The notes: generated by a model not told the origin, from the letters alone. Positions 9,717 through 18,503 are shown, counted from the stretch's first letter. The stretch: 64,000 bases of DNA from Oligoflexales bacterium (GCA_965215515.1 OZ244057.1:1994514-2058513); one strand, 5' to 3'. Numbers and translations are program-made.

Positions 9717-10771
9717 TTCTGGACAGGAATGCCACTCTTGAAATAACCCTCTCTGTTAGCGTCGGTATCACCTTCGCCAGAGAAAAACGCGGTGCGAGGG
9801 TCTAGCTCATCTTTTGCGTACTTACCGTGCGCCCACTTGCCTGACGAGTTTTCCAAAAATTCTGCCGCGTTTACCTTAAACTGTTTCTCTAACGCTGACG
9901 AAGCGGCGGTGTGCACCCGCTCAGCATCAAAGTAACGCACACCGCCAAAACTAGCGTCTGCACACGACTTGTTGAAGTCTTCCCCCGCCCCAATGTCGCA
10001 GGTGGCAAACAAAACTGCTGAACCGCTATCTTTCAGATGCGCTAAGGCCAAGTATATTTTGCTGGAATAATCATGATGGTAGAGACGCAAGCCGAGCAGA
10101 TGCTCTTTGTCAGTCCCAGAGCCGTGCTCTACGAGATAACTGCGTTGCACAACATTCTTGCCCTCCCCCGCCTGCAAAAAGAAAACACTCGCGATCTGTC
10201 GCAAGCCGTCTTGCTTATCCAGCTCAATGCGGGTTTGAGTTCTGAAGCCGTTTTCCTGCAAGTAAAGATTAACCATCTTGCCCGTAACCGTATCAGCCTC
10301 ACCATCGGTCATAGGAACTTCGCCCGTATCGCTATCCTTTTGCTCCTCCCACTCCACAAAACGCGTGCCATCCCACAACTCAGCGCTCTGTCGGTGAGAG
10401 CGGTGAAGAACCCGCACGTCAGTTTCGTCAACGATCTCAGCCCCATCTTCTCTTGCCTGCTGACGCATGTTGCAGTCGTAAAACAACGCCTGGGCATAGC
10501 CGTAACCAGCCATGCCCAACGCTATCTCATTACCGCTCTCACTCTTCCCCAGCGCGTCGGCCATAGCAGCACCAGCCGTGTCACGGTGTTCCATCTTCGC
10601 AATGCAATCACCATCGTGCTGCAAAGTTAACGAGGTAGCCCAGTCCTTCGTAATGTAGGAGAAAGGTTGTGCCGCGAAAGCAGGCGGTACAGCTCCGCTC
10701 CCACCCTGCTTGTCACTACTGAAACCACAACCAACCACAAGCAAAGCTACCGAGAGCAAAATAATCATCAT
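9713..10771 (-). CDS. Hypothetical lipoprotein
   Basis: An internal ATG at 10771 is preceded by GAAAGGTGG. The signal and lipobox read MMIILLSVALLVVGC. I recognised no family. Confidence 0.6.
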   Translation of the reverse strand: MMIILLSVALLVVGCGFSSDKQGGSGAVPPAFAAQPFSYITKDWATSLTLQHDGDCIAKMEHRDTAGAAMADALGKSESGNEIALGMAGYGYAQALFYDCNMRQQAREDGAEIVDETDVRVLHRSHRQSAELWDGTRFVEWEEQKDSDTGEVPMTDGEADTVTGKMVNLYLQENGFRTQTRIELDKQDGLRQIASVFFLQAGEGKNVVQRSYLVEHGSGTDKEHLLGLRLYHHDYSSKIYLALAHLKDSGSAVLFATCDIGAGEDFNKSCADASFGGVRYFDAERVHTAASSALEKQFKVNAAEFLENSSGKWAHGKYAKDELDPRTAFFSGEGDTDANREGYFKSGIPVQN

Positions 10772-10999
10772 GCCACCTTTCTCAAATTTTACGCCGAACC
10801 ATACCACCATGCTACCACGTCGGTCACGTCGTTGCAAATACCACTTGTAGATGACCCCATAGAGGGCAAGGGAGGTGTTTTTTTAAGAGCATCTATACGT
10901 CGCACCGCACAAAACGCTTGGCATGATCTTAGCGAGAATGTACATGGAGCTTCGCCAGGCTGGCTAGACCGTCCGTTTTGAAGGAAGACGACCCCACAG

Positions 11000-11998
11000 A
11001 TGACTTGCGCAACAAAGCCCATGTCCCCCTCCTCCTCGGCAGAGGTGCTACGCTACCGAGCACAGGTGTTCGCTTTTCTCAGGCAATACTTCACTGCGCA
11101 TGGTTTTCTTGAAATCGAGACCCCACTGCTCGTCACCTGCCCAGGCACCGAACCCTACCTGCGCTACTTCAGTAGCCACTGGCAAGACGAGCGTGGACGG
11201 CGACGGCGCAAGTTCTTGCGTTCCAGTCCCGAACTGCACATGAAACAGGTACTGAGCCATGCGACACCGAAAATCTTTCAGCTAGGCACGTGTTTTCGCA
11301 ACGGTGGCGAACACAGCACATGGCATCACCCTGAATTCACCCTGCTCGAATGGTACGAAGCAGAGACAGAATTCGAGACTTTCATCACTTTCACCACCGA
11401 TCTGCTAACCGAACTGTTTCGACAACACGGACAACGCCCGCTCCCTGCCCTGCACAAATTCACCGTCTATGATGCTTTCGCCGAGTTCGCAGGCATCGTC
11501 TTGCACGACAACGATCCCCAACTAGGACATGAGGCTGCGGCAAAAGGTTGTGTCTCGGTACAGAAAAGCGACGATTTCCCTACCGCCTTTTTCAAGGTGT
11601 TGCTAGAATGTATCGAGCCACGGCTGCGCAAACTCGGCAACGTGCTACTTTACAACTACCCACCCTCACAGGCAGCGCTCGCGAAGGTGGTGGCAGGACG
11701 TGCCCAGCGTTTCGAAATTTATCTCGACGGCATAGAAATTTGCAACGCCTTCGCCGAATGCCTCGACAAGGAAGAAAATGCACGGCGTTTCGCGACCTAC
11801 GCACGTCTCAGACACGCACACGGCCTGCCACCCGTACCGCGTGACACGTACTTCGAGGCGGCTTTGCAGCGAGGCATACCACCCGCCTGCGGCAACGCAC
11901 TCGGGATCGATCGTGTTCTCGCCCTACTGCGCGGTGCACCTGACCTCGATGCAGTACTACCGTTTCGTACCCAATTTACTCTCAAGTCTGCGCAGTAA
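11000..11998 (+). CDS. epmA: EF-P--(R)-beta-lysine ligase (class II LysRS paralogue, PoxA/GenX)
   Basis: The protein has a class II aaRS core without an anticodon-binding domain. Motifs are FLEIETPLL, IFQLGTCFRNGGEHSTWHHPEFTLLEWY, RFEIYLDGIEICNAF and GNALGIDRVLALL. The length is about 330 aa. Confidence 0.85.
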   Translation: MTCATKPMSPSSSAEVLRYRAQVFAFLRQYFTAHGFLEIETPLLVTCPGTEPYLRYFSSHWQDERGRRRRKFLRSSPELHMKQVLSHATPKIFQLGTCFRNGGEHSTWHHPEFTLLEWYEAETEFETFITFTTDLLTELFRQHGQRPLPALHKFTVYDAFAEFAGIVLHDNDPQLGHEAAAKGCVSVQKSDDFPTAFFKVLLECIEPRLRKLGNVLLYNYPPSQAALAKVVAGRAQRFEIYLDGIEICNAFAECLDKEENARRFATYARLRHAHGLPPVPRDTYFEAALQRGIPPACGNALGIDRVLALLRGAPDLDAVLPFRTQFTLKSAQ

Positions 11999-12045
11999 CA
12001 CACCGACAACAGGTGTGAGTGAGTGCTACAAAAGGAGATGCTGGG

Positions 12046-12693
12046 ATGTACATTCTACCACAGTTGCTACTGGCAATGCTGTTGTTGTCGTGCTCAGCAA
12101 GCGAAAAAAAGCGTACCGACGATCCTCCGTCATCGTTGCCGCCACCGCCGCAGACCCCTACACCTAAGGCAGAAGACACCACCTTGCGCGACACAAACCG
12201 CACCTCTAAAAAATACATCACCTCTGCACCGACACCCACGCTAATCGTCGTAAATGGCGACGAGGAAGGTGCACAGAAAGGAAATGAAAAGCAAGAAGAA
12301 CCACCGCGCACTGAGCAGGAAGCTCGCCCTATGCCACGACAGCAACAGGAGGTGGCAGAAACCACCGCGGAGAAAGAAGAGCCCCAACCGCCAGTTCCTC
12401 CCGCACCAGATGTTCCCTTAACGGTCAAGGTGAGTTTTGTAAACAGTGATAATGTCTTGTATCCGCAGCTGGAATTTTCTCCGCAACACGTGTCTGAGAT
12501 AAGTGACATCACCTGGCAGCATGCGGGAGAAGTTACCATGCAGTTAGAAGACGATGCCTTTGTTTTCAAGAACGAAGGAGTCATGATACCACCGCTGAGC
12601 TTTTGGTTAAAGTTGCGGTGGGGTGACAAAACATGCCACGAGCGTATCGAGGTTAGCGACATGACACACACGGTGGAGATAATATGTTCATGA
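12046..12693 (+). CDS. Hypothetical proline- and glutamate-rich lipoprotein
   Basis: ATG 12046 follows AAAGGAGATG. The signal and lipobox read MYILPQLLLAMLLLSC, followed by a low-complexity PPSSLPPPPQTPTPK linker. Confidence 0.55.
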   Translation: MYILPQLLLAMLLLSCSASEKKRTDDPPSSLPPPPQTPTPKAEDTTLRDTNRTSKKYITSAPTPTLIVVNGDEEGAQKGNEKQEEPPRTEQEARPMPRQQQEVAETTAEKEEPQPPVPPAPDVPLTVKVSFVNSDNVLYPQLEFSPQHVSEISDITWQHAGEVTMQLEDDAFVFKNEGVMIPPLSFWLKLRWGDKTCHERIEVSDMTHTVEIICS

Positions 12694-13568
12694 AAATACT
12701 GTTGCTTACTATCTCATTGTTTGCCTGCAAACTGACTTCCATGTCCTCGTCCGATTTACACGATCATTCGACAGCTGCTCAGGCAGATGACCAGGCGGTG
12801 TTTTTGCATGTGTTGCCGCGTGGCATCGAAGTTACGGTGCCAGACACGTCGGTAACAGGTGCTCTGCCACAGGCTTTCTATCACCTACGCAGTGCTGATC
12901 AAAAATTTGCGCGAGATGCAGTTACCGCACAACCGTTGCGGGCTGCGCCTGTTACTTTTGCGGAGCTGGTCTTGGCCTGGCAGAACCAGGCCTACACCTG
13001 GTTGTGTTTTTTGCAAGATATCGCTGGTAGCCGTGTGATCGAGCCGACGCGGGATAACAGATGTTACCGACAGGACGCACAACACTCCTACCTCCAGCAG
13101 TTTGCTGCGTGGTGCAGCAAAGACAATAAGTACCACGCCCCTTTTTTTCTCGACAGCGCTGCCCCATATTGCAAGGTGGGCAAAATCAGTGCTAGCAAAA
13201 CAGTACGTATTCCACTGCGTTGTTTCACAGGCAATGCCAACCTGTGTTTTCCTCCCGCAAAACGCAGCATTAAGCGTGCGGGGCGCAATCCACAACGTAT
13301 CCCCGATCGGCGTTTCAGAGCCGACGAATACTATATCGCTAAATACCTACAAAAGAGCGGCAAAACTTTCCCCGCCCTGCTCGACGACATCTACGCACAA
13401 GCCTCAGACTGTCGTGACGGAGCTGGGATGGAGGTGCATACCTTTGTGCGAAGACATCCATTTTACTGTAGTTGCCCGCGGCACAAAAACAAAAAAATAA
13501 TTCTCAATGGACAGGAAAAAAAATGTGGTGCAACGGGCTACGCTTACTTTTTTCCTCCACTCCCCTAG
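12684..13568 (+). CDS. Hypothetical lipoprotein
   Basis: The signal and lipobox read MFMKILLLTISLFAC. The gene overlaps the upstream gene by 10 nt. I recognised no family. Confidence 0.5.
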   Translation: MFMKILLLTISLFACKLTSMSSSDLHDHSTAAQADDQAVFLHVLPRGIEVTVPDTSVTGALPQAFYHLRSADQKFARDAVTAQPLRAAPVTFAELVLAWQNQAYTWLCFLQDIAGSRVIEPTRDNRCYRQDAQHSYLQQFAAWCSKDNKYHAPFFLDSAAPYCKVGKISASKTVRIPLRCFTGNANLCFPPAKRSIKRAGRNPQRIPDRRFRADEYYIAKYLQKSGKTFPALLDDIYAQASDCRDGAGMEVHTFVRRHPFYCSCPRHKNKKIILNGQEKKCGATGYAYFFPPLP

Positions 13569-14055
13569 TTTCCAACTTGAACACAGACACGCGGCTGCTC
13601 CCCTTCTTTCCTAATGATGGCGACTAATATGTAGATGCCCTCCTAGTTAAGGTTTGCAATTTAGTGGTCACCTCTCGCAGTTCCTGCTGTGGTCGCTGTC
13701 CAGGACAATACCACCCCCTGCGGCGTAATCGCGCCGACAAGATGATGAACGGTAGCAAAACTCCGCACCCGTGCCGCACAACGGTGTTGGACATACACGC
13801 GGTAAAGGCTGAGCATCTTGCAATAATATCCACAGGCGTAGCCTATATTGCACCTCGCGGTCACGAAACCAGGCTTTAGTTGCTTGCTTAGCTTGAGTGA
13901 ACTAGGAGAGGATATACTTATCGAGATGTTTTAATTTAACCCCCTCCCCAAAACCACATCGCTCGCCTCGTTGAATAACCTGCTTGTTAATAATTTAATG
14001 GTTATTTACAAATATTTATAAATTAATACTATAAAATATATAGAACATGTTGTAT

Positions 14056-14081
14056 CATGTCCAACGATGAGATAGGACATG
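14056..14081 (+). promoter_or_regulatory. Inverted repeat CATGTCC-N12-GGACATG in the 5' region of the MBL/patatin cassette
   Basis: The 7-bp perfect arms at 14056-14062 and 14075-14081 lie 17 nt upstream of ATG 14098 and directly downstream of a very AT-rich stretch (about 13960-14050). This could be an operator or a leader hairpin. Confidence 0.3.
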
Positions 14082-14097
14082 CTTCACAGGGAATGTA

Positions 14098-15210
14098 ATG
14101 GCAAAGATAACTTTTTATCCGCTTGGCAACGCGGATTCGACTTTGATTGAGCTTAATAACGGCAAGACCATGCTTATCGATTATGCACACTCAAAAAAAT
14201 CAGAGGATTGCGATGATGAAAAAATAGTTTTAGATCGGGAAATAAGAAGGAGACTCAATCATTATAATCCCCATATTGATGTTGTAGCCTTTACTCATGC
14301 AGATGAGGATCACACGCGTGGTGCTGTGGATTTCTTTGCTCTTGAGCATGCAAATAAATATCGAAGCAAGGGTCGGGTGGGCATAGGTGAGTTGTGGGTA
14401 CCGGCCGCGATGATCGTCGAGGAGGGGTTGAAGGGAGATAGTAGAGCGATCAGACAGGAGGCGAGATATAGGTTGAAAAAGGGACATGGCGTTCGGGTGT
14501 TTTCCTGCCCTGGACTTTTAGATGACTGGCTTAGTCGAGAGGGTGTAGACATGGAATCGTCGCAGCGGTGTGTTGCCATCAGTGCTGGCAATGTTATTCC
14601 TAAATTTGACCTGTTAAATGATGGGCTTGAGGCTTTTGTCCATTCACCGTTTGCATCTCGCGATGGTAAAGGTTTGCAGAGCAGAAATGATGGTTCACTC
14701 TTCTTGCATCTGACCTTTGCTAGCGATGGCAGGAAGACAAGGGTAATGATGGGGGCTGACGCAACATGGGATGTTCTCGAAGATATCATCAGAATCACAA
14801 AATACTACGGGCATGAAGAGCGGTTGAAATGGGATATTTATCGGGTCTCACACCACTGTTCCTATCTTTCACTGTCACCTGATAAGGGCGAGGAGGTAAC
14901 CATTCCCAGCGAGAGTATCGACTGGCTCTTTAAGCAAGGAAGCGTTGGCAGCTACATAATTTCTTCTAGTAGTCCAATTGCCGCCTCTGGAGAGGGCTCC
15001 AGCCAGCCACCGCATCGGCAAGCAGCAAATTACTACAGGCAAAAAGCACGCTTCCTAGATGGTGAATTCTTGGTGACTATGGAGTATCCAGATGCATATC
15101 TACCAAGGCCTATGGTGTTCACCATCTCTGCTCACGGAATCACGCTTGAAAGCATAACAACCTCTGTTACAGATTCTATAGTTATCAACGATTCTTGTAG
15201 GTTAGGATGA
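14098..15210 (+). CDS. MBL-fold metallo-hydrolase (metallo-beta-lactamase superfamily)
   Basis: The N-terminus reads ITFYPLGNADSTLIELNNGKTMLIDYAH. The motif AFTHADEDHTRGAVDF is an HxHxDH-type variant. Later metal-ligand-like motifs are FVHSP, MMGADATWD and VSHHCSY. The codon usage is AT-rich compared with the flanks. Confidence 0.8.
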   Translation: MAKITFYPLGNADSTLIELNNGKTMLIDYAHSKKSEDCDDEKIVLDREIRRRLNHYNPHIDVVAFTHADEDHTRGAVDFFALEHANKYRSKGRVGIGELWVPAAMIVEEGLKGDSRAIRQEARYRLKKGHGVRVFSCPGLLDDWLSREGVDMESSQRCVAISAGNVIPKFDLLNDGLEAFVHSPFASRDGKGLQSRNDGSLFLHLTFASDGRKTRVMMGADATWDVLEDIIRITKYYGHEERLKWDIYRVSHHCSYLSLSPDKGEEVTIPSESIDWLFKQGSVGSYIISSSSPIAASGEGSSQPPHRQAANYYRQKARFLDGEFLVTMEYPDAYLPRPMVFTISAHGITLESITTSVTDSIVINDSCRLG

Positions 15211-16328
15211 AAAATACGAACCCTCCCAAAATTGGAATATGTCTCTCTGGTGGTGGCTCACGCGCGATGGCTTTCCATCTGGGTTGTTTAAGGACGTTGC
15301 ACAAGCGCAGCATACTCAACAAGGTATCACTGATATCCACCGTATCAGGAGGATCAGTAATCGGTGCGATGTATGCCTACAGCAACGATAGTTTCGAAGA
15401 ATTTACCGCGAAGGTTAGCCAGCAGCTTGAATCTGGATTCCAACCAGAAGAGGATAATGGTATTTTTTTTACACCCAAAATGCTTTTTTCTTTGATTAGG
15501 GTTGTTTTTTTCTCGTCTGAAAATAAATCTGAAAAACGTAAAAAAGCTGCAAAAATTTTTGAAGATCGACTCTATCGAGCAGAAGAGTTGGCAGCAATTT
15601 TTGATGAAAAGCTTTACCAAGGAAAGAAGCTCTCAGCAGAGACTCGTAATGGGCTTGAAATAACAATTAATGCCTGCGAACTCAGTACCAACACCGCGTT
15701 TCGCTTTAGCAACAAAATCATCAATAACTGGCTTCTAGGTGAGGTATCGACAGATTCAGTGAGCCTCGCTGAAGCAGTGGCTGCATCGGCTGCCTATCCA
15801 ATACTTGTCTCAACGATGGACAAACACTTTGAGTTTAAAAAGAATGGGGGAAGGAAAAAGAAAAAAGTTTTCTTGACCGATGGTGGGGTTTATGAGAACC
15901 AAGGGATTACCGCTCTTTGGCCAGATCGCTCAGCTGAGTACAGTTATCCACATTGCCACTTTGACTACATAATCGCCTGTGACGCTGAGCCCAGCCGTTC
16001 ACTGCCAAGACAACCTAACTTGACCCTGTTAGATAAGTTTAAGGAGTGTCTATCAACGTTAATGGGCAGAATAAGTTCGATGAATTTTAAGGTATTGCAT
16101 GAATATAAAAACGCTAGAAAAATTAAGGGGTTTGTACTTGCACGGCTGAATACCGAAGATGAAAATATTTTATTCAAGGATGATAAATTCGTGTCGTATG
16201 CACGTGTTGCCGACTATCCCACCGATTTCAAGGCAATGAAGAAAGAAGATATCGAGAGGTTAAGCAATCGTGGCGAGCAGATCACAGATAGTTTTGTCAG
16301 GCAGTATGCAAGTGATCTAATAGTATAA
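15207..16328 (+). CDS. Patatin-like phospholipase
   Basis: ICLSGGGSRAMAFHLGCL is the Gly-rich oxyanion motif, STVSGGSVIGAMYA is the nucleophile elbow, and FLTDGGVYENQGI carries the catalytic Asp (DGG). The ATGA overlap with the upstream MBL gene indicates coupling. Confidence 0.88.
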   Translation: MKNTNPPKIGICLSGGGSRAMAFHLGCLRTLHKRSILNKVSLISTVSGGSVIGAMYAYSNDSFEEFTAKVSQQLESGFQPEEDNGIFFTPKMLFSLIRVVFFSSENKSEKRKKAAKIFEDRLYRAEELAAIFDEKLYQGKKLSAETRNGLEITINACELSTNTAFRFSNKIINNWLLGEVSTDSVSLAEAVAASAAYPILVSTMDKHFEFKKNGGRKKKKVFLTDGGVYENQGITALWPDRSAEYSYPHCHFDYIIACDAEPSRSLPRQPNLTLLDKFKECLSTLMGRISSMNFKVLHEYKNARKIKGFVLARLNTEDENILFKDDKFVSYARVADYPTDFKAMKKEDIERLSNRGEQITDSFVRQYASDLIV

Positions 16329-16355
16329 TTTTTAACAAAAACGGAAGCCATCACG

Positions 16356-16391
16356 GCAACAATGACGACGCGATTGGGTTGCTCTTTTTTT
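16356..16391 (+). terminator. Putative intrinsic terminator of the MBL/patatin cassette
   Basis: The stem GCAAC(AAT)...(ATT)GGGTTGC is followed by TCTTTTTTT, about 30 nt after the patatin stop. Confidence 0.5.
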
Positions 16392-16633
16392 ACTTCATTT
16401 GCTCTCCTTACCAGCACTCACTTGGTCAGCATGTGTTAAGCTCCCATTAAGCGGCGGGAAAGTCCAGAGCTTATCCCTGGATCGCGGTATTTTAAAAATT
16501 CAGGCAGTTGTGGATAGCTGTGTTCGAAGAGATCTTTTGGCATGCGTATTGTAGATGCCCCCGTAAAAAGCCTTCTCGTTTATCTATTACCGCAACATGC
16601 ACAAAGCTCTGCTGTGAACCTGATACACCGACC

Positions 16634-17827
16634 CTAGTCCAACACTTCCGCCACCACTCCCGCACCGACCGTGCGTCCGCCCTCGCGCAGGGCGAAACGT
16701 AGCTCCTTATCCATCGCAATCGGTGTAATGAGATCGACTTCCATGTCGATGTTGTCGCCAGGCATAACCATCTCAACGTTATCAGGCAACTTGATAATAC
16801 CTGTCACGTCCGTGGTGCGAAAATAAAATTGCGGACGATACCCCTTGAAGAAGGGTGTGTGTCTGCCACCCTCCTCCTTGGTCAACACATATACCTGCGC
16901 CTTGAATTTACGATGCGGCGTAATCGCACTAGGCTTGGACAGCACCTGTCCACGGAAAACTTCGTCCCGCTTCGTGCCGCGCAGTAGCACTCCCACGTTG
17001 TCACCCGCCCGCCCCTCGTCGAGCAGTTTGCGAAACATCTCTACCCCTGTGCAGGTAGTTTTGCTCGTTTCCTTGATCCCGACAATCTCAATCTCATCAC
17101 CGACCTTGACAATACCCCTCTCAATCCTACCCGTGACTACCGTACCCCGTCCAGAAATAGAAAACACATCCTCGATAGGCATCAAGAAATCCAAATCAAT
17201 AGGACGATCAGGAACAGGAATATAGTCGTCGCAAGCTTTGACCAACTCAAAAATAGCCTTGCAATCGTCACTATCGATGTTGTCGGATTCGAGCGCTTTC
17301 AAAGCCGACCCCTTGACAATAGGGGTATCGTCGCCAGGGAACTTGTACTCACTGAGCAGTTCCCGCACCTCCATCTCCACTAAATCAAGCAACTCGGCAT
17401 CGTCTACCATGTCAACCTTGTTGAGGAAGACTACAATCTTGGGCACACCTACCTGACGCGCCAACAAAATATGCTCCCGCGTCTGTGGCATCGGCCCGTC
17501 CGCCGCACTCACCACCAACACCGCACCATCCATCTGCGCGGCACCCGTAATCATGTTCTTCACATAGTCGGCATGACCAGGACAGTCAACGTGTGCATAA
17601 TGGCGCTGCTCCGACTCATACTCGACATGCGAGGTCGAAATCGTAATTCCCCGCTCCTTCTCCTCAGGAGCCTTGTCAATCTCCTCGAACGCTAACGCCT
17701 GCCCACCGAATTTCTTCGACAATATCTTGGTAATCGCTGCCGTCAACGTCGTCTTGCCATGATCGACGTGACCGATCGTACCGACATTAACATGCGGCTT
17801 GTTGCGCTCGAATTTCTCCTTCGCCAT
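16634..17827 (-). CDS. tuf: Elongation factor Tu
   Basis: [49 protein letters not shown] and NKVDMVDD are present. The length is 397 aa. Confidence 0.99.
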   Translation of the reverse strand: MAKEKFERNKPHVNVGTIGHVDHGKTTLTAAITKILSKKFGGQALAFEEIDKAPEEKERGITISTSHVEYESEQRHYAHVDCPGHADYVKNMITGAAQMDGAVLVVSAADGPMPQTREHILLARQVGVPKIVVFLNKVDMVDDAELLDLVEMEVRELLSEYKFPGDDTPIVKGSALKALESDNIDSDDCKAIFELVKACDDYIPVPDRPIDLDFLMPIEDVFSISGRGTVVTGRIERGIVKVGDEIEIVGIKETSKTTCTGVEMFRKLLDEGRAGDNVGVLLRGTKRDEVFRGQVLSKPSAITPHRKFKAQVYVLTKEEGGRHTPFFKGYRPQFYFRTTDVTGIIKLPDNVEMVMPGDNIDMEVDLITPIAMDKELRFALREGGRTVGAGVVAEVLD

Positions 17828-17930
17828 CCCTGACCTCCACGGTTAAACTAAAACCCACACCGAAAATATCCCGACTCGCCAGCCGTCATACCCCACAACA
17901 AAGAAATTGACAACAACAGCCTCTCCGTTA

Positions 17931-18002
17931 AGCCTGAGATGGGATTTGAACCCATGGCCTCATCCTTACCAAGGATGTGCTCTACCCCTGAGCTACACAG
18001 GC
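17931..18002 (-). tRNA. tRNA-Thr (anticodon GGU)
   Basis: The reverse complement is GCCTGTGTAGCTCAGGGGTAGAGCACATCCTTGGTAAGGATGAGGCCATGGGTTCAAATCCCATCTCAGGC. It forms a cloverleaf with the anticodon loop TTGGTAA and one U-U mismatch in the acceptor stem. Confidence 0.85.
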
Positions 18003-18339
18003 CCAGCACACATACACACAAAGCGGAAGACGGGGATCGAACCCGCTACGCTCGCCTCTCCGCCGCTTCCTCGCTCCGCTTGGAAGACCGATGCCCCCCA
18101 GCACACATACACACAAAGCGGAAGACGGGGATCGAACCCGCTGCGCTCGCCTCTCCGCCGCTTCCTCGCTCCGCTTGGAAGACCGATGCCCCCCAGCACA
18201 CATACACACAAAGCGGAAGACGGGGATCGAACCCGCTACCCTCGCCTCTCCGCCGCTTCCTCGCTCCGCTTGGAAGACCGATGCCCCCCAGCACACATAC
18301 ACACAAAGCGGAAGACGGGGATCGAACCCGCTACCCTCA
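18003..18339 (-). repeat. Tandem 95-bp repeat (3 full units plus a partial unit merging into glyT), each a 5'-truncated tRNA-Gly-like copy
   Basis: GCGGAAGACGGGGATCGAACCCGCT recurs at 18023, 18118, 18213 and 18308, an exact 95-bp period. Units differ by 1-2 substitutions (cgctACGctc, cgctGCGctc, cgctACCctc). Each unit is a 20-nt CA-rich spacer followed by 75 nt. Confidence 0.9.
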
Positions 18340-18379
18340 GCTTGGAAGGCTGATGCTCTACCAGATGAGCTACTTCCGC
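18307..18379 (-). tRNA. tRNA-Gly (anticodon UCC)
   Basis: The reverse complement is GCGGAAGTAGCTCATCTGGTAGAGCATCAGCCTTCCAAGCTGAGGGTAGCGGGTTCGATCCCCGTCTTCCGC, with anticodon loop CTTCCAA. Confidence 0.9.
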
Positions 18380-18406
18380 ACAACCCACACACAAGCCTAG
18401 CAAGCA

Positions 18407-18489
18407 TGGAGGGAGATGGATTTGAACCATCGAAGGCTAACGCCAACGGGTTTACAGCCCGTCTCCTTTGGCCACTCGGACACCCCTCC
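18407..18489 (-). tRNA. tRNA-Tyr (anticodon GUA), long variable arm
   Basis: The reverse complement is GGAGGGGTGTCCGAGTGGCCAAAGGAGACGGGCTGTAAACCCGTTGGCGTTAGCCTTCGATGGTTCAAATCCATCTCCCTCCA, with anticodon loop CTGTAAA. Confidence 0.9.
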
Positions 18490-18503
18490 GTGACAGAACA
18501 CAG

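Noticed and set aside
11999-12017. A hairpin CACACC-gacaaca-GGTGTG after epmA, considered as an intrinsic terminator.
   Set aside because: No U-tract follows, and the next gene's SD is about 20 nt downstream. The support is too weak to annotate.
18003-18339. A possible CRISPR array, suggested by the regularly spaced repeats.
   Set aside because: The whole 95-bp unit repeats, so there are no variable spacers. The repeat is tRNA-derived and no cas genes are nearby.
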